Shown here: one piece after another, positions 1-12,635 of the stretch
How positions within the stretch are numbered: position 1 is the stretch's first letter
Layout: every line of letters begins with the position of its first letter
NCBI GenBank assembly: GCA_001662655.1
Contig: KV460212.1
Source of the DNA: Pseudogymnoascus verrucosus
Lineage: Eukaryota
DNA: 64,000 bases
Strand: one strand, 5' to 3'
Program-made: the position numbers and the translations under genes
The notes under the pieces: model-generated
Told to the model about the DNA's origin: nothing
The model's input: only the letters and a program-made list of their open reading frames with translations
Databases searched by the model: none

Positions 1-4
1 GGCG

Positions 5-1620
5 ATGTCGATGAATCGACGCGTTCTTGTGAGCGCTATACTCACGGCAACTGCAACGATGGCGATGGCACATGAGCACGATGAGGCGGAGATACCAGAT
101 GGGAGTGCCGTCAGCGCAGAGCCGTTGGTTAGTTGATCCTGGGGTTCTCGCGGAGATAGTGGGAGCTGAAGGGGGGTTGATAAGGTTGGATGGTGCTGAC
201 GGATTGTAGGATGCGATTCTTTGGATACATATTATCATACAGATGGTTGCCTTTGGGATTATCTTCCCAGTAGGGATGGTGCTTGGTGTAAGTTATCCCT
301 TTCCCCCACTGCCGATGCCCCTTCCTGGAGGTCGGAATAGAAGCTGACGCGCCACCTCTCCATAGATCGTCCGCAACCGCTGGCATGTCCCCGTCCAAGT
401 CCTCGGAACCGCCATAGCAATCGTAGGCTACTTCCTCGGCCACGCCCACAAAGGCCGCCAATTCGCACCCAACGTGCACGCCAAATTCGCAAACTGGCTC
501 ATGCTCATGCTCGTCGCCCAGGTCGTGATGGGCGCCTACCTCCGCCTCCACCTCACCAAGGGCATCAACGGCAAGGTGCGCCCCGGTGTCCTCCTCGGGC
601 ACAACATCCTCGGCAAGGCCATCCCCGTCGCTAGCTGGACGCAGATGCTGTTTGGCGGCATCGCAGCGCTCGGATTCTGCCGCGACGACCACCTGGGACA
701 GTGCCTTGCTCACTTCATCATGGGGTCCGCATTCATCGCTTACGGTATCATCATGATGATCATGCTGCTCGTCGGTCAGGCATGGCTACGCCGCTCAGGC
801 CGCAGCCAGGAGTTCTTCGACAGCGCCGTCATTGCGGCATGGGGTTGCGTCAACACGTTCACCGAGCACCGCTGGGGCGGCGCATGGGTCGAAAACGACA
901 TCCAGCACACTGTCATGGGCGTCATCTGGTGGGCAGCGGGTCTGGCAGGCATCTGGCTCGCCAGAGGCCGTGATGGTAGCCCCAAGCGCAACTTCGTGCC
1001 GGGCTTCGTCCTCTTCTTGACGGGATGGGGTATGAGCGCGCATCCGCAGCATAACATGCTTAGCACCATGGTGCATGTTGCGTTTGGATACACGCTCATG
1101 GCGGCGGGTGTGACGCGGATGGTCGAGGTTATGTTCGTGCTGAATGATAAGGCGTCGACGGACAGCGGCGAGCCGAGGTCGTTCCAATATATTCCACCTT
1201 TCGTAAGCTACCCCTTTCCTCTGATATAACTGTAGAATGGTCTGGCTAACTAGTGGATAGCTACTTATGGCCTCTGGTTTCACATTCATGAGCGCTACCG
1301 AGGAACAGATGGCTCTCCTCTCCGGCGCAGGCATCGACCACGTCTCGTACATCCTGGTGCTCTACTCCTTCGCCTTCCTCATGTTCCTCCTCGTCAACGT
1401 ACTTCTACACATCTACGCTGTCAACGCGGGCCCATCAGTGCCTCCCAAGGACGTCGAGGGCGTGCGCAGACACAGGCCATCGGATAGCAGACAGATCCGC
1501 GAGGCGGAGGAGTTTGAGCTCGACGGACTGATCAGCGATGATGAGGGAGGCCGGGAGAGGGAGAGTGGGCTCGAGAGCCCGAGTACTCTAGGGAAGAACA
1601 GCGAGGTCAGGGTTTCTTAG
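5..1620 (+). CDS. YTP1: Ytp1-like integral membrane protein (4 exons, approx. 5-127, 210-286, 366-1202, 1261-1620)
   Basis: Signal-like N-terminus followed by AHEHDE. Spliced reading gives DAILWIHII...GIIFPVGMVLG|IVRNRWHVPVQ...GQCLAHFIMGSAFIAYG...NTFTEHRWG...MSATEEQM, typical of fungal Ytp1-family proteins. Introns are GT-AG. Confidence 0.75.
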
Positions 1621-2259
1621 AGGGGAAGTGGAAAATGGGGAATTGTAGTATATATGTGTTTGAGTTTGGCACGGAGTTGGGGGCATTGCGATTGCTAAGG
1701 AATGGTTCACTTATACTATTTTAATGCGGGATTGAACGCCATAGGAAAGTGGGAGTGGTTTTTGTGAATAGAGACGTTTGCATTCAAGTTTGCGTGTTGT
1801 TCTTTCCGTGCTGGTTGGTAAACGTAAATGTGAGAATACTTGATGACAAAGCCGGTCAGGATAGAAACTTGTTCCAGTGACTCAGACGGCGGCGGGCGCA
1901 GGTGCAGCTGCGCCTCGAGAAGAATTACAAAACCAGTAGAAGTATTTTATATTTCTAACAATCCGTCAAAGAACTATCATACTATCCAAAAACAAAACTA
2001 TTATCCCAAAGACATCTAGAGTTGTCGACCCCCAGAGCCAAGCAGGCCAAATTCCCCAAACCACCAACTCTCAGCCTCGCGCCGCCTAGCCAAAAAAATG
2101 CCTTCCGCCATCCCAGCCTCGCCACCACCATCTCCAATCTCACAACCACAACACCCCCCCAAACAACGCAAACAAAAACAACCACCCCAACCACAACCCA
2201 ACCCCGCCAAAATACAACCACCAGATGCGCAAGCCCTGCCTCTAACCATCCCTCTAAAA

Positions 2260-2823
2260 ATGCCACCCCCGACCCGCCTCCTCGTCGCCTCAATCGGCAA
2301 CCCAGCACCCTACCTCAACACCCTCCACTCAGCAGGACACACCGTCCTGCGCGCGCTCACCATCCCCCTCTCCACCCCACCCTTGGTGAAATCACGACCC
2401 CACGCCAACGGACTCCTCGCGCACTCCCCCACCCACCCCATAACCCTCTGGCACTCCCCAAGCATGATGAACGTCTCCGGCCCCGCCGTCGCAACGGCCT
2501 TCCGAGCGTTCCAGCGCGAGTACCCCGGCGCGGAGCTGGTGGTGCTGCATGATGAGCTTGAGAGCGCGTTGGGGGTTGTGAGTGTCAGGGGGGGAGATAG
2601 GGGGACGAAGGGACATAATGGGTTGAGGAGTCTGGCGAAGGCGGTGGGGGGGGGGTATACGAGGGTTGGGGTGGGGATTGGGAGGCCGGTTGCGAGGGAG
2701 GGGGGGGAGGTCGCGAAGTATGTTTTGAGGAAGATGACGGTGGGGGAGAGGGAGGCGTTGGAGGGGTGTGTGGGGGGGGTTTTGGAGGAGTTGGAGAGGT
2801 TGCTTGAGGGGGAGAGGAAGTGA
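2260..2823 (+). CDS. PTH1: Peptidyl-tRNA hydrolase (Pth1 type); start could be upstream at 2098
   Basis: Pth motifs LLVASIGNP, HSAGH, MMNVSG, LVVLHDELE, GHNGLRS, RVGVGIGRP, YVL. Confidence 0.85.
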   Translation: MPPPTRLLVASIGNPAPYLNTLHSAGHTVLRALTIPLSTPPLVKSRPHANGLLAHSPTHPITLWHSPSMMNVSGPAVATAFRAFQREYPGAELVVLHDELESALGVVSVRGGDRGTKGHNGLRSLAKAVGGGYTRVGVGIGRPVAREGGEVAKYVLRKMTVGEREALEGCVGGVLEELERLLEGERK

Positions 2824-3153
2824 GGGGGGACGATTGTGATACCTTGGTGGGATGGAGAGCGGATGTTGTCACATTGTATGATTATAGCGAGGGAGCGGAT
2901 GTAGGAATAGCTGCTGTACTGTCACGTTGACAACAGCGAAGATGATACCCAAAGAATAGATCTCATTGATTCTCACCCCCGGAGCAGTTACATAAGTAAA
3001 CCACCATATCTGAGGCCCGAACCACAAGTCAGTCGAACAGGGATTACATCCACACCGGCTCTCCGCCAGGTCCAATTTTAAGTATATAAAAGCATCGCCC
3101 ACGCCCCAACGCCAACCCATCCATCCATATACACGCTCCCCCACCCAACCCGC

Positions 3154-4259
3154 TCAAACAGTCCCGCTAATACTCAACTCCCTAATCTCCTGCAACACCT
3201 GCTCAACCCTCGTATCCAAGTGGCCCTCCGCATACTGATCCCTCGTCTCAGCATCAAGATACTGCTGTACCTGCGCCATGCGCGAGTACGCCTCTGCGCA
3301 GAAGCGCAGCTGGATCTTGACCAGGGCTTCGAAGGAGGGGTCGAGGTAGGGGACGCGCAGGTCGATGAGCTGGGGGAGCTCGGTGAAGAGCTGTTCGTTG
3401 AGCTGCTCGTAGGCGACTTTGGCCATGTCGGCTTCCTTTTCGGCGCGGGGGAGCTTCGAGGCGTCTTTGTCGGGCTTCTCGACGAGCTTCTTGACTTTGG
3501 CGCGCATCGCGTCGTAGTCGAGGAGCTTGTGGTTGCGCTTCTTGATGCCTGGGGGGTGTTAGAGGGGGGGGTGGGATCAGTGCGGGGTGTTGGGTGGAGG
3601 CATACATTCGTTGATGTCGGGGAAGTAGGCGCAGAACCTGGAAATCGGCTCGAGAACAGTAGTTCTATTTATGTTAGCACGGGATCTCCGGAACGAACGA
3701 GAGAGCATACCGATATGGTCCGTCTAAAGCTTTGATCGTCTCCGCGTCTAAATCTGCCACTGCTTGCTTGTAACTTCTGCTCACTCCATCGTTTGCGCCT
3801 GAATCGCCGTAGAATGCGTCGATCGTCTCCGCAATCGCCATCTGGGATCTCGTCATAGCTATCAGAGTATCAGCATTGGTCCTGCTCGTATATGCCACTG
3901 TGCTTCCATACCTCGTAGCGAGTCTAAATATCCCTTTGCTTCCTTTTGCAATCGCAGTGATGCGGCTTCCATTGTGCGGTATCGTCTTGGAATAATGTCA
4001 GCATAGCTGCCACGATAGCTGCCTGTTCAGACCACCCACCTCTCTTCCACTTCATAATCGCGGTCGTTTGTTTTCTCGACGTGACCTGTCCATGTAAGTA
4101 TACATCATAGTACTGGGTGTGCTTCGTAAGTACCAGTCTTCATCATGACCTGGGTGGTCGCCCGATTGACATTCTTCTTGAATCCTATACCCGTCATGGT
4201 CAGAATCGCCCTCTGTATGCCAACCTTCTCAGGTACCAAAACATACCTGCCCACGACAT
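3154..4259 (-). CDS. RVS161: Amphiphysin/N-BAR protein Rvs161/Hob3 (multi-exon)
   Basis: MSWAG|FKKNVNRATTQVMMKT start across micro-exons; C-terminal ELPQLIDLRVPYLDPSFEALVKIQLRFC. Confidence 0.92.
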
Positions 4260-4696
4260 ATTGGCGGATGTTACTTAACGCTGTGATCTAAGGTTGTGAG
4301 GTTCTTGTTATATGTCTTTCATGCGTTAGAGGCGTATTTGTTTATGTGGTTGAGAGCGTTTAACAGAGCAGCATGTGGTGTTAGGCCTTGGTTTGAATTC
4401 CCTCCGTTGGATGACGACGAAGTCACTTTTCGTGGCTGAGCCCCTCCACGTCGGCGCCCAGAGTTAGGCGGCAGAGGAACAACAAATATCCGACTATCAG
4501 CCACAACACCCAGGGGTGTCACTTTTCCTTCCCGTCCCAATATATAATTAACATACTCAAATCAATCGATAATATGGCACGTTATATAAGGTTTCTTGGT
4601 GTTGCATTCGCTTGTTATTCCATAATTGTACCACTGTGTGCCATTTTGGCACTTATTGATAAAAATACATCGCTAATTTTCCGTCCTTGAGTTCAT

Positions 4697-6338
4697 TCAC
4701 GCTGGAGAGTCTATCCGTGACCCATCCATAAACTCCTCTGATTCACCATCTTCTGGATCCTTAGTGCCCTCCGTCGTGTCCCCCAAGTAGCAGGCTGATA
4801 AAACAGTCCCAGCCAATAGCAAGCCTCCACAGAATGTGAATACTCTATCACGATGCGCATCGCCTAGAGAATCATATTAGCACGTCATATATAACAGACT
4901 GAAGGGATAGCACGTACCTTCTTTAGTCAAGCAAAGAAGTACAACTACGAAGAAGTTGAGTGGGATTCTCAAAAATCCGTAGACCTTTGCTCGCACTCCA
5001 TCGCCAACTATGCGGCCCCGTAGTGCTCCCATACAAGGGTAATAGATTCCGATGCAGCCCTCGAATAAACAGAAGCACCAGAATGTCAGTGTCTCGCTCT
5101 TTATCAGAACTGAAATAAGTAGCGAGGCCGTTGAGACAGCAATGGCAACTGTGAGGAAATGAGCAGGCCCTAGCATGGCAATAGACTTGCTGGCAGCCGC
5201 TTCGGAGGATCCACGGCTGAAGGCAATAGAGCCAAGCATCATAGAAGCCATAAAGGTGGCAAAGATGAGCCCGAATGGGATCGCAGATTGCTCTTTTGTG
5301 GATGGGTTAGAGTAGGCGTGGGCTGATTTGAGCGCAGCAGACCAGAAAAAGACGAAGAGGTACATGGAGCCCTCGAAGACGCAACATACGAAGCCCAATA
5401 TGAGGATTCGTTTATCTGCGGTAGTGTTAGCATACGTACGAACCAATTTACGCGATTCAAGACAAACCTTTGAGTATAGCTCTTAAACTAGACTCATCAG
5501 AAGTGCCCTTTGACTCCTCTGTCCTGTCTCCGTAGTTCTCATTCTGAGGACCAACGTTAGCCGTCCATTCGTCTGTATTGAGAGTGTCAACTTACCCATC
5601 CCCTTTTTATTATTACCATTGCAGTCATCAAGAGCACAATGGCAGCCATGAATGGGCTCGTCTTGGTGCCCGTCATAGCGACAACACTCTCTCCCACAAC
5701 ACCGGACAGAATTGCAACTACGCCATTCAGCGTCGTCATAAGGCCAAACATGCTATCCAAAGTCATGTTGCTCCTATCCAAGCTTCGAGCAAAATACTCC
5801 GTGACCATCCAAGACTCAAAGACGCTATACATCAGGGTCGTTGCAACACCGCCGAGCAACCTCCCGATGAGTAACGTGACAATCTCGCTCGAGAGCTTCG
5901 TCAAGCAGGAAAGTGCATATGTGACGCAAAATGCCATACATGCCATACGCCTGCCATACCTATCGGCGAGAGACCCAACAAATGTCGCACTAACAGCTGC
6001 AGCAACAAATCCGGCAGCAAATAGCATAGCAACTGTCGGCTCTGCGAGTCCATACTCATCTTTATAGAGCGTGTAGACATACGGTCCCTGCTTTCGCGTC
6101 AGTACAGCCGCAATATTTAGCTTTCTAGGAGGGGTCTAATTGCCTGAAGCCAGTCCGAGCCCATTACAAGCAAATAGACTGGGATGAATTTCCATTTGAA
6201 CGCTGTTGCGGCATTGTTGAGCTCGACAGACCCAGCCTTGGCATCCTTTAACGCCTCTTTGTCACGTCGATATTGCGAGTACGCCAGGCCCACGCTGCCT
6301 ACCACCAAGACCGCGAAAGTGGTCCGGTAGAGATCCAT
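4697..6338 (-). CDS. MFSD5/MOT2 (DUF791) family MFS transporter, multi-exon
   Basis: Hallmark DWLQ|GPYVYTLY, GSLADRYGRR, SVFESWMVTE, FEGSMYLFVFFW, RAKVYGFLRIPLN. Last exon ends in TGA at 4697. Confidence 0.85.
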
Positions 6339-7492
6339 GATTGATTGATTGATTGACCTAGTCCCCAGATCTCGGCTCGGGCTCTAGCAGTAGTCCTCCT
6401 CGCTCTGCTTGGCAACAACGATTGATATCCGGTGAGTCCGCTCGGGTTGCAGTTATGGCGCCAGCACTCTACACGAACAGTCAATACGTGCAAAAACCAA
6501 CAACGACTCGATCAACCTCAACACAGCCGCGACATAGGTGCGACGTACGTGTATGGAAGTCAGCTGACTGTCAATCCATTCCTCCTCGAATATATACGGG
6601 GTCTCTTGTTAGTTGTTTGACTGTTGGGGGCAGCTGTTGGAGTACATCTGGGGCTGAACAATCGAGTTGTACATACAATAGAGTACAATCCAGTACATGG
6701 GCTTGGGATCTCTTGGTTTCCCTAGGCTCCCGTTGATCGGGGTCCTATCGAATCGCGCTATCTGTGTTTCACAATCCTTCCGTGGCGGATCTTACTGATC
6801 TCAGAGGTCTGGATTATTGATTTTACACGAGCGATATCCCGTTGCGGCAAGAACGGTCCAGGAATAGGTTTTTGTATGTACTCCGTGCCGCCGATGTTAG
6901 TGGCAGTGTTAGAGTACTTGCATCTAGCCAACACACCAGACTCCACTGCGTATATTAAAATCGACAGGGACATCGACATCCATCGACAGCCCTCTCAGTT
7001 TCATTTAGCCCTTTTATACGAGATTGGCATACTATCCTTACTAGTTCTCGTATGTCCATGACGTACCGCGGTTGGGGAAAGCTTCTGGGAAGGTTGGGAA
7101 GGAAGATCACTATACTGTCGTTGGTCCGATAAAGTACATTGCAACCATACGATACTCGGTACCTTGTATGACCATCAAGGGGCTGATAATTACTGTATGA
7201 ACATACGAGTACTCCGTACAGCTAAGTCTACTTACTGCATGCGGGGAAACTTGAGAGAGGAAGGAGATCTTACCAACACGTGTGAAAGGATCAATCTCCA
7301 TCATCCCAACTGCCAGCTGTCGTTACGGAGCTACTGAGTTGCAGAGCTGAAGAGTCACTGAATTGCGATACTGAGTCAATTACCTCCTCTGTGATATTCA
7401 GAGCTCAAGCCCGTGATTCAACTCACACTTGACAGGACAGCAGCAGCCAGCTTACTCGCCTTCACGCGGATATACGCCAGCCTTACCCAACG

Positions 7493-8477
7493 ATGGCGAC
7501 CTTTGCGAGATCCAACCGGGTCGTGTTCAATGTGATCATTGGTGTCGTTGCCTTCTTGTTTTTCATGTCTGTTTACCATGTCTCGTACAATTACGATGAT
7601 ATTATAGATAAAGTAAACGGGAAGACGTGAGTTTCCCGAATTGAAGCGCCCATATTTGATGGAAGCATTGAGGCAGCCTTGCTAACATGTCAACAGTTCC
7701 CCAGAGAAACCCGCGCCGAACACGCCGCCGAAAGTTGAACCCCCCAAGATCGGAACCCCCAAGGTAGAAGACACCAAGGTTGCAGCCCCCAAGGTCGAAC
7801 CCCCCCCCAAAGTTGAAGCCCCGAAAGTCGATACCAAGAGGCCCTCCTTCCGCGAGATCGGGAAGAAGTACGGCACCGACAAGGTCACCGCGCACCACTA
7901 CCAGCACATGTACGAGAAGTACCTGGAGCCGCTCCGCGACCAGCCGCTGAAGATGCTCGAGATCGGCCTCGGCTGCGACATGTCCTACGGTCCCGGCGCC
8001 TCGTACCATACCTGGCTCGAGTTCTTCCCCAACGTCGACCTCTACTACATCGAGTACGACGCGGCGTGCGCTGAGAAGTGGGCCGCCAACACCACCGGCG
8101 CTACCATCTTCACCGGCGACCAGGCGGACGTGCCGTTCCTCAAGAAATTCCTGAACGAGACCGGAGGTGGTTTCGACGTCATCATCGATGACGGCGGGCA
8201 CACTATGGTGCAACAGAAGACCTCTATCGATATCCTCTTCGATTCGGTCAAGCCGGGTGGCATCTACTTCGTCGAGGATCTGGAGACTAGCTATGCGCCA
8301 AAGTACGGCGGTGGTCAAGGCGTCGCGACCACGTTCGTGGAGCGCGTGAAGGCCAGCCTGGATGGCATGATGCTGTCGAAGCCGACCCCGTACTTTATGG
8401 CATACGTCTACTCGGTCGACTGCATGAAGGAGGTCTGCGCATTTTCCAAGAAAATGCCTGGGGAAAAATACGACTGA
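7493..8477 (+). CDS. Type II membrane SAM-dependent methyltransferase, MycE/TylE-like sugar O-methyltransferase family (exons 7493-7626, 7697-8477)
   Basis: Short basic N-tail, one TM segment (VVFNVIIGVVAFLFFMSVY), a P-K-V-E repeat stem, then GTDK..H.Y...Y, LKMLEIGLG, GDQAD, FDVIIDDGGH, KPGGIYFVEDLETSY. Confidence 0.8.
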
Positions 8478-9704
8478 TCACGCCAAGTAGCCGCTGCGTC
8501 GCTGGTGAAACTACATATGGGGCCACTGACCCCAGAAACCATAGGCGACCTATTTTTGGTATTCTGAACCTGCAGGCGTGTAGCTTGCAGAAATTTCGGT
8601 GTTCGTCATTTTTTAGCACCAATACCGTTTTATTTTCCGAGAAAATGGGAACATATATGAGGGGTGAGGGTTAACTAGCATGGGGTGGGGTGGCATATAT
8701 ACGATATATGGGAAGGACAATTTGAGGTCCTATGATCTAACAGGGGCATCATTCTCAGTATGTAAGGTTGGACTGGGGATCCGGTAGCATGCTTGGCTGC
8801 ATGACGATAGCGTGTTTGTATACTTTTGTTCGAGGATAGCATAGGATACTGAGAAGTGTAATATATATATTGCTCAAACTTTGGAGTCAGTCAACCTAAT
8901 GAAGGCGCTCGTCTCGTTTGAAGGCCATTGCCATGTTAGCCACACCTATGCCCAATGGTATGGTATTGTGATACCGGTGACACGGCAGTGACGCCGTCGT
9001 CGATTTCCCACATGGTTAACTAACCCCTACATGCCATCACCCGCGCCGTTTATGCTGCCAAGGTATGGCAGCTTATAAACTCTAAATTCAGCAGCTCCTA
9101 GGGCCTCACAGTCTCTAATTTCTGGGGTCATATGACAACTTGTCATCGTTGAGGAGTTTCATCATATTGCAAGTTATTGATTGGCCTTGATCCGCCGGCC
9201 CATATGCTTCTCTTACCGTCTCCCTCGCATCACTTCTGATATTTTTACATTCATTGGCGAACTTGGTGATCTTGACTCAGATCTGTGAAGCATTTTGAAG
9301 AAGGGTCTCCGGAAAGGGTCGTATCTTACATCTTCTTACAAAAAGTAAAGTGGCTATTCCCAAACCCACAATGATTTGCTCGTCTGGTCGTGACACGCTG
9401 TCGGTGAGAGTTAACAGTGAGACAACGATGACCCGGAAATGGATTCGGCAGATCTTCTTCTTATAAAAAAGTTGCTGGAATAAAACCGCATCTGGAATGA
9501 AACAATAGCTGAAATAAAAGAGCAGTTGAGGAAACAGGGCTGAGGAATACGAAGGCAAAAATAATTGGTTGTCTCGAGCTTCTCAATTCACTCGCAGAGA
9601 GTAGTCCGGGGTGGTACCAGCGTAGAATTGAAGAGCATAAATAGGACGGTCATATCCCTATGAATATTCTCTCGTCTACAGCAACCATACTTTCATCTAC
9701 TTTC

Positions 9705-9730
9705 GAAAAGAAAAGAAAAGAAAAGAAAAA
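9705..9730. repeat. (GAAAA)n microsatellite
   Basis: gaaaagaaaagaaaagaaaagaaaaa seen directly. Confidence 0.9.
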
Positions 9731-9750
9731 CGTTGTCTACCAATACAAGG

Positions 9751-10100
9751 ATGCATTTTTCCAAACTTCTCCCGCTTGCCGCCCTTGCCTCACTATCAAC
9801 TGCTGCTCGACTTCCTCCTAATCTTAGGGTAGCGTCTCGCTTTTAACTCTCATAAATATACGTCAAGGTAATAGCGGTGCCGTTTCTGGGGATGGCATTA
9901 ACCTATGGCAATTGGTAGATATGCACCTAAAATACTAGGCTGGTTGTGATTATAATTGGAATTATAGCTCTTGGAATTATAACTCTATGGATAATTGCTA
10001 CATTAGTGGTATTACCAAGTGCTGCTTGCACAACTGGTATGCATTTCTCATCTTTGAAATGGCAATCACTGGTAGCGTCTCCAGCCGCCCTTGCGATTAG
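9751..10100 (+). pseudogene. Degraded small secreted Cys-containing protein
   Basis: MHFSKLLPLAALASLSTAAR signal peptide then an early stop. A shifted frame reads ...KY*AGCDYNWNYSSWNYNSMDNCYISGITKCCLHNW...RPCD*. Context is AT-rich. Confidence 0.4.
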
Positions 10101-10625
10101 TAACTATTGGGGCCTACACAGCGTGCATCCTATTTCAATGTATGGATGCATAGGTTAATTATGTATATTTTTATTGAGCTGAGCTGCATATATATTTAGA
10201 GAATAATCTATTGCGCTGCTCATATGACTGGGATTCGGGGTTCTTAAAACCTTTATTATCTGTGATTAATGTGTTATTTGAAAAAGGGTTAAAAACACTC
10301 CAATTCTTCATGAATCACCACTTTAAAAAGAAACCTTTGACAAATATTCATTGTAATAGCTGAAAAAATACACCTGCATTACAATTTACTGTCTTCTAAA
10401 TGTATTTCTAGAACATTTGATATCGGGCGACTGAGCCAGAGCATCTATTCTCATTGGTCAAAACTCAAGCGGGGTGGCTCCCGCATCTGGATAGATAAGG
10501 TTAGCCTTCCCGATAACAGATCTGAAAATAATTCATCCACCGCAGATATCATAAAAATTCCCAACCCTACGCAAACCTCAAAACTCCCTCCCACGAAACA
10601 ATTCACACCAAACAAAACCGCCAAC

Positions 10626-11026
10626 ATGCCTTCCGTCGCCAACTGCAATGTCCCCAACAAGTCCCGCCGCAAGTCCAACAGGAACAAGATCCAGAGGCGC
10701 CGCGCCACCGCCGGAATCGCCAAGAACCCGCGTGGAATGGCTCTAAGCAGCGTTATTCACCCCACGAGCGGCCCGTTGGCGCCACTGTCGGGAAAGAAGG
10801 CGAGGAAGGTTGAGCAGGCCAGGAATCATGCGAGGCAGCGTGCGTTGGAGAAGGAGTTGGCTGAGCGCGGTGAGGTGTCGATGACGGGTATGTTTTACTC
10901 ACTGGATTGCATGGTGTGGACTACAGTACTGATTGTTTAATAGATGCGCCTGTGACGACTAAATCGAAGAAGAAGGCTTCTGAGGGAGCTGCAGCGGATG
11001 GTATGGATGTTGATGAGGCTCTATGA
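10626..11026 (+). CDS. Small basic protein resembling ribosome biogenesis factor Alb1 (2 exons)
   Basis: MPSVANCNVPNK start and PLSGKKARKVEQARN resemble Alb1 MPS.N..N.P and LSKKRAKKIERN. Intron approx. 10888-10943; ends ...GMDVDEAL*. Confidence 0.55.
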
Positions 11027-11794
11027 GCGCTCCTAGCACATCGAGGCGGCGGGGGTTGGCAGCCTGGGAAGGAGATATTAAATGGATGGAAAGACAATAC
11101 GGTTCACCAATGAGAGGCCCCAGTCCCATTGGATATATATGAGCCGGGGAGACCCAAGGATGAGTGAGGCAGGCGCAACCAGAGGCGTGTGCAGAAGGAG
11201 GCACAGCAAACGCACCAAAAATTGCGGCGAAAAACGAACACGGCCGAATCGATGACCGGTTTAGAATTACGAGAGGTTTTAGCATGGGACTGGTTATATG
11301 TGTTTTCATGGCGGTTGGAGTTAAGGCAACTGCGGGTTGATACCGGTGCATGGAGTCTGAAATGATTACAATTAAGATCTCGAAGGGTGGCAGCTACTGA
11401 ATATACGTTATTGAAGCATGCAATTTTCTCTTCATCAGTGCATGTTCTTAGCCTGTGCATATTGCAAATAATAGGGCCCTCTGGTATTCTAAACGTGAGA
11501 AGAGCTTATATATTGCTATGTATGTTATGGCGGGAGTGGAAGATCCCAGCCCGCCATAATACTGTATACTATGCGGGCCTTATCAGGGAAAAGACCCGTC
11601 GTCCGGATTGGACAACACCAAATAATGCCCCGTGTATATCCCAGCGCCGGTTTCCATAAAGTCAGGCAGTCAATGCGCAACGAACCGAACTCCAAGGACA
11701 CTCCCAAAACCAAGCCCTCCGCGCAGCCACGTAAATGCTAGATCCCGTCCCAACTCGCACACTATTCTTAGGTTATGTTGTAGTACCTTCCACT

Positions 11795-12635
11795 TCACGG
11801 CTCGCCAAGGAGGCGGGCAGTGATATCTCCCATATATGCTTCCTCGAGTTCATAGTCTTGTCCGTCCATCCGATCAATGCCAACGAAGTTGAATGCCTCG
11901 ACCACTCGGTCAAGGTCGAATCCCATGTTGACGAAGCGATCGATGAGCTCTTTGTTGTAGCCTTGGTATCTTCGCTTTATTAGCATATTTCTCATATCAT
12001 ATCCATCCAGTAACCCCTTACCTTAGCATCAGTTCCCTTTGTTCTTGCTCTCTGGTCTTCGCAACCTTTGGCTTGCTTGACGGTGATTGGTATGTCCCGG
12101 TTGCCTTATTTGATACTGGAGCACCGGCGTACTTCTGAGCCCACTCTCTTGCTTGTCTTTCGAATTGTTCGGGGTTGTTCATGAGCATCGTTGCGACTTC
12201 GGCGTCTTGGGGGTCTTTCGGCTCGGGTGTGCTCAGGAGGGATTGCAGAGACAGTAAGGCGGACTTGATGGTGAGAACTGGAGACCATGCGGAGCCTAGC
12301 GTATCGAGACAGATTGCTCCCTGCGGTAGATTAGTATGCTACGGGTTGGGAGGAAGAAGAGGCTCCCGACTTACAGTTTGACTGCTAACGTTCGGATGCC
12401 ATAAACGAGTCTCAAACTTCATGACCGGCGGCCTAAACGGGTACTCGATGGGAATCTTGATGTCCACCACATACTGACCACCAGCATAGGGGGTATCCGG
12501 AGGCCCAGGGAAGCTTGCCTTCAGGTGCGTGAGATCCTCACCGGACCCCGCCGCGTGTGCCTCTATGGTCGATGATTGATCTTTTTGGATATCGCCCAAC
12601 TCCTTTGCGATGCGGCGTATGCGGTTACTAGCCAT
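11795..12635 (-). CDS. UBC1: Ubiquitin-conjugating enzyme E2 with C-terminal UBA domain (3 exons)
   Basis: RIRRIAKEL, GPPDTPYAGG, YPFRPP, WHPNVSSQT|GAICLDTL, PEPKDPQDAEVA; UBA segment LIDRFVNMGF. Confidence 0.93.
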
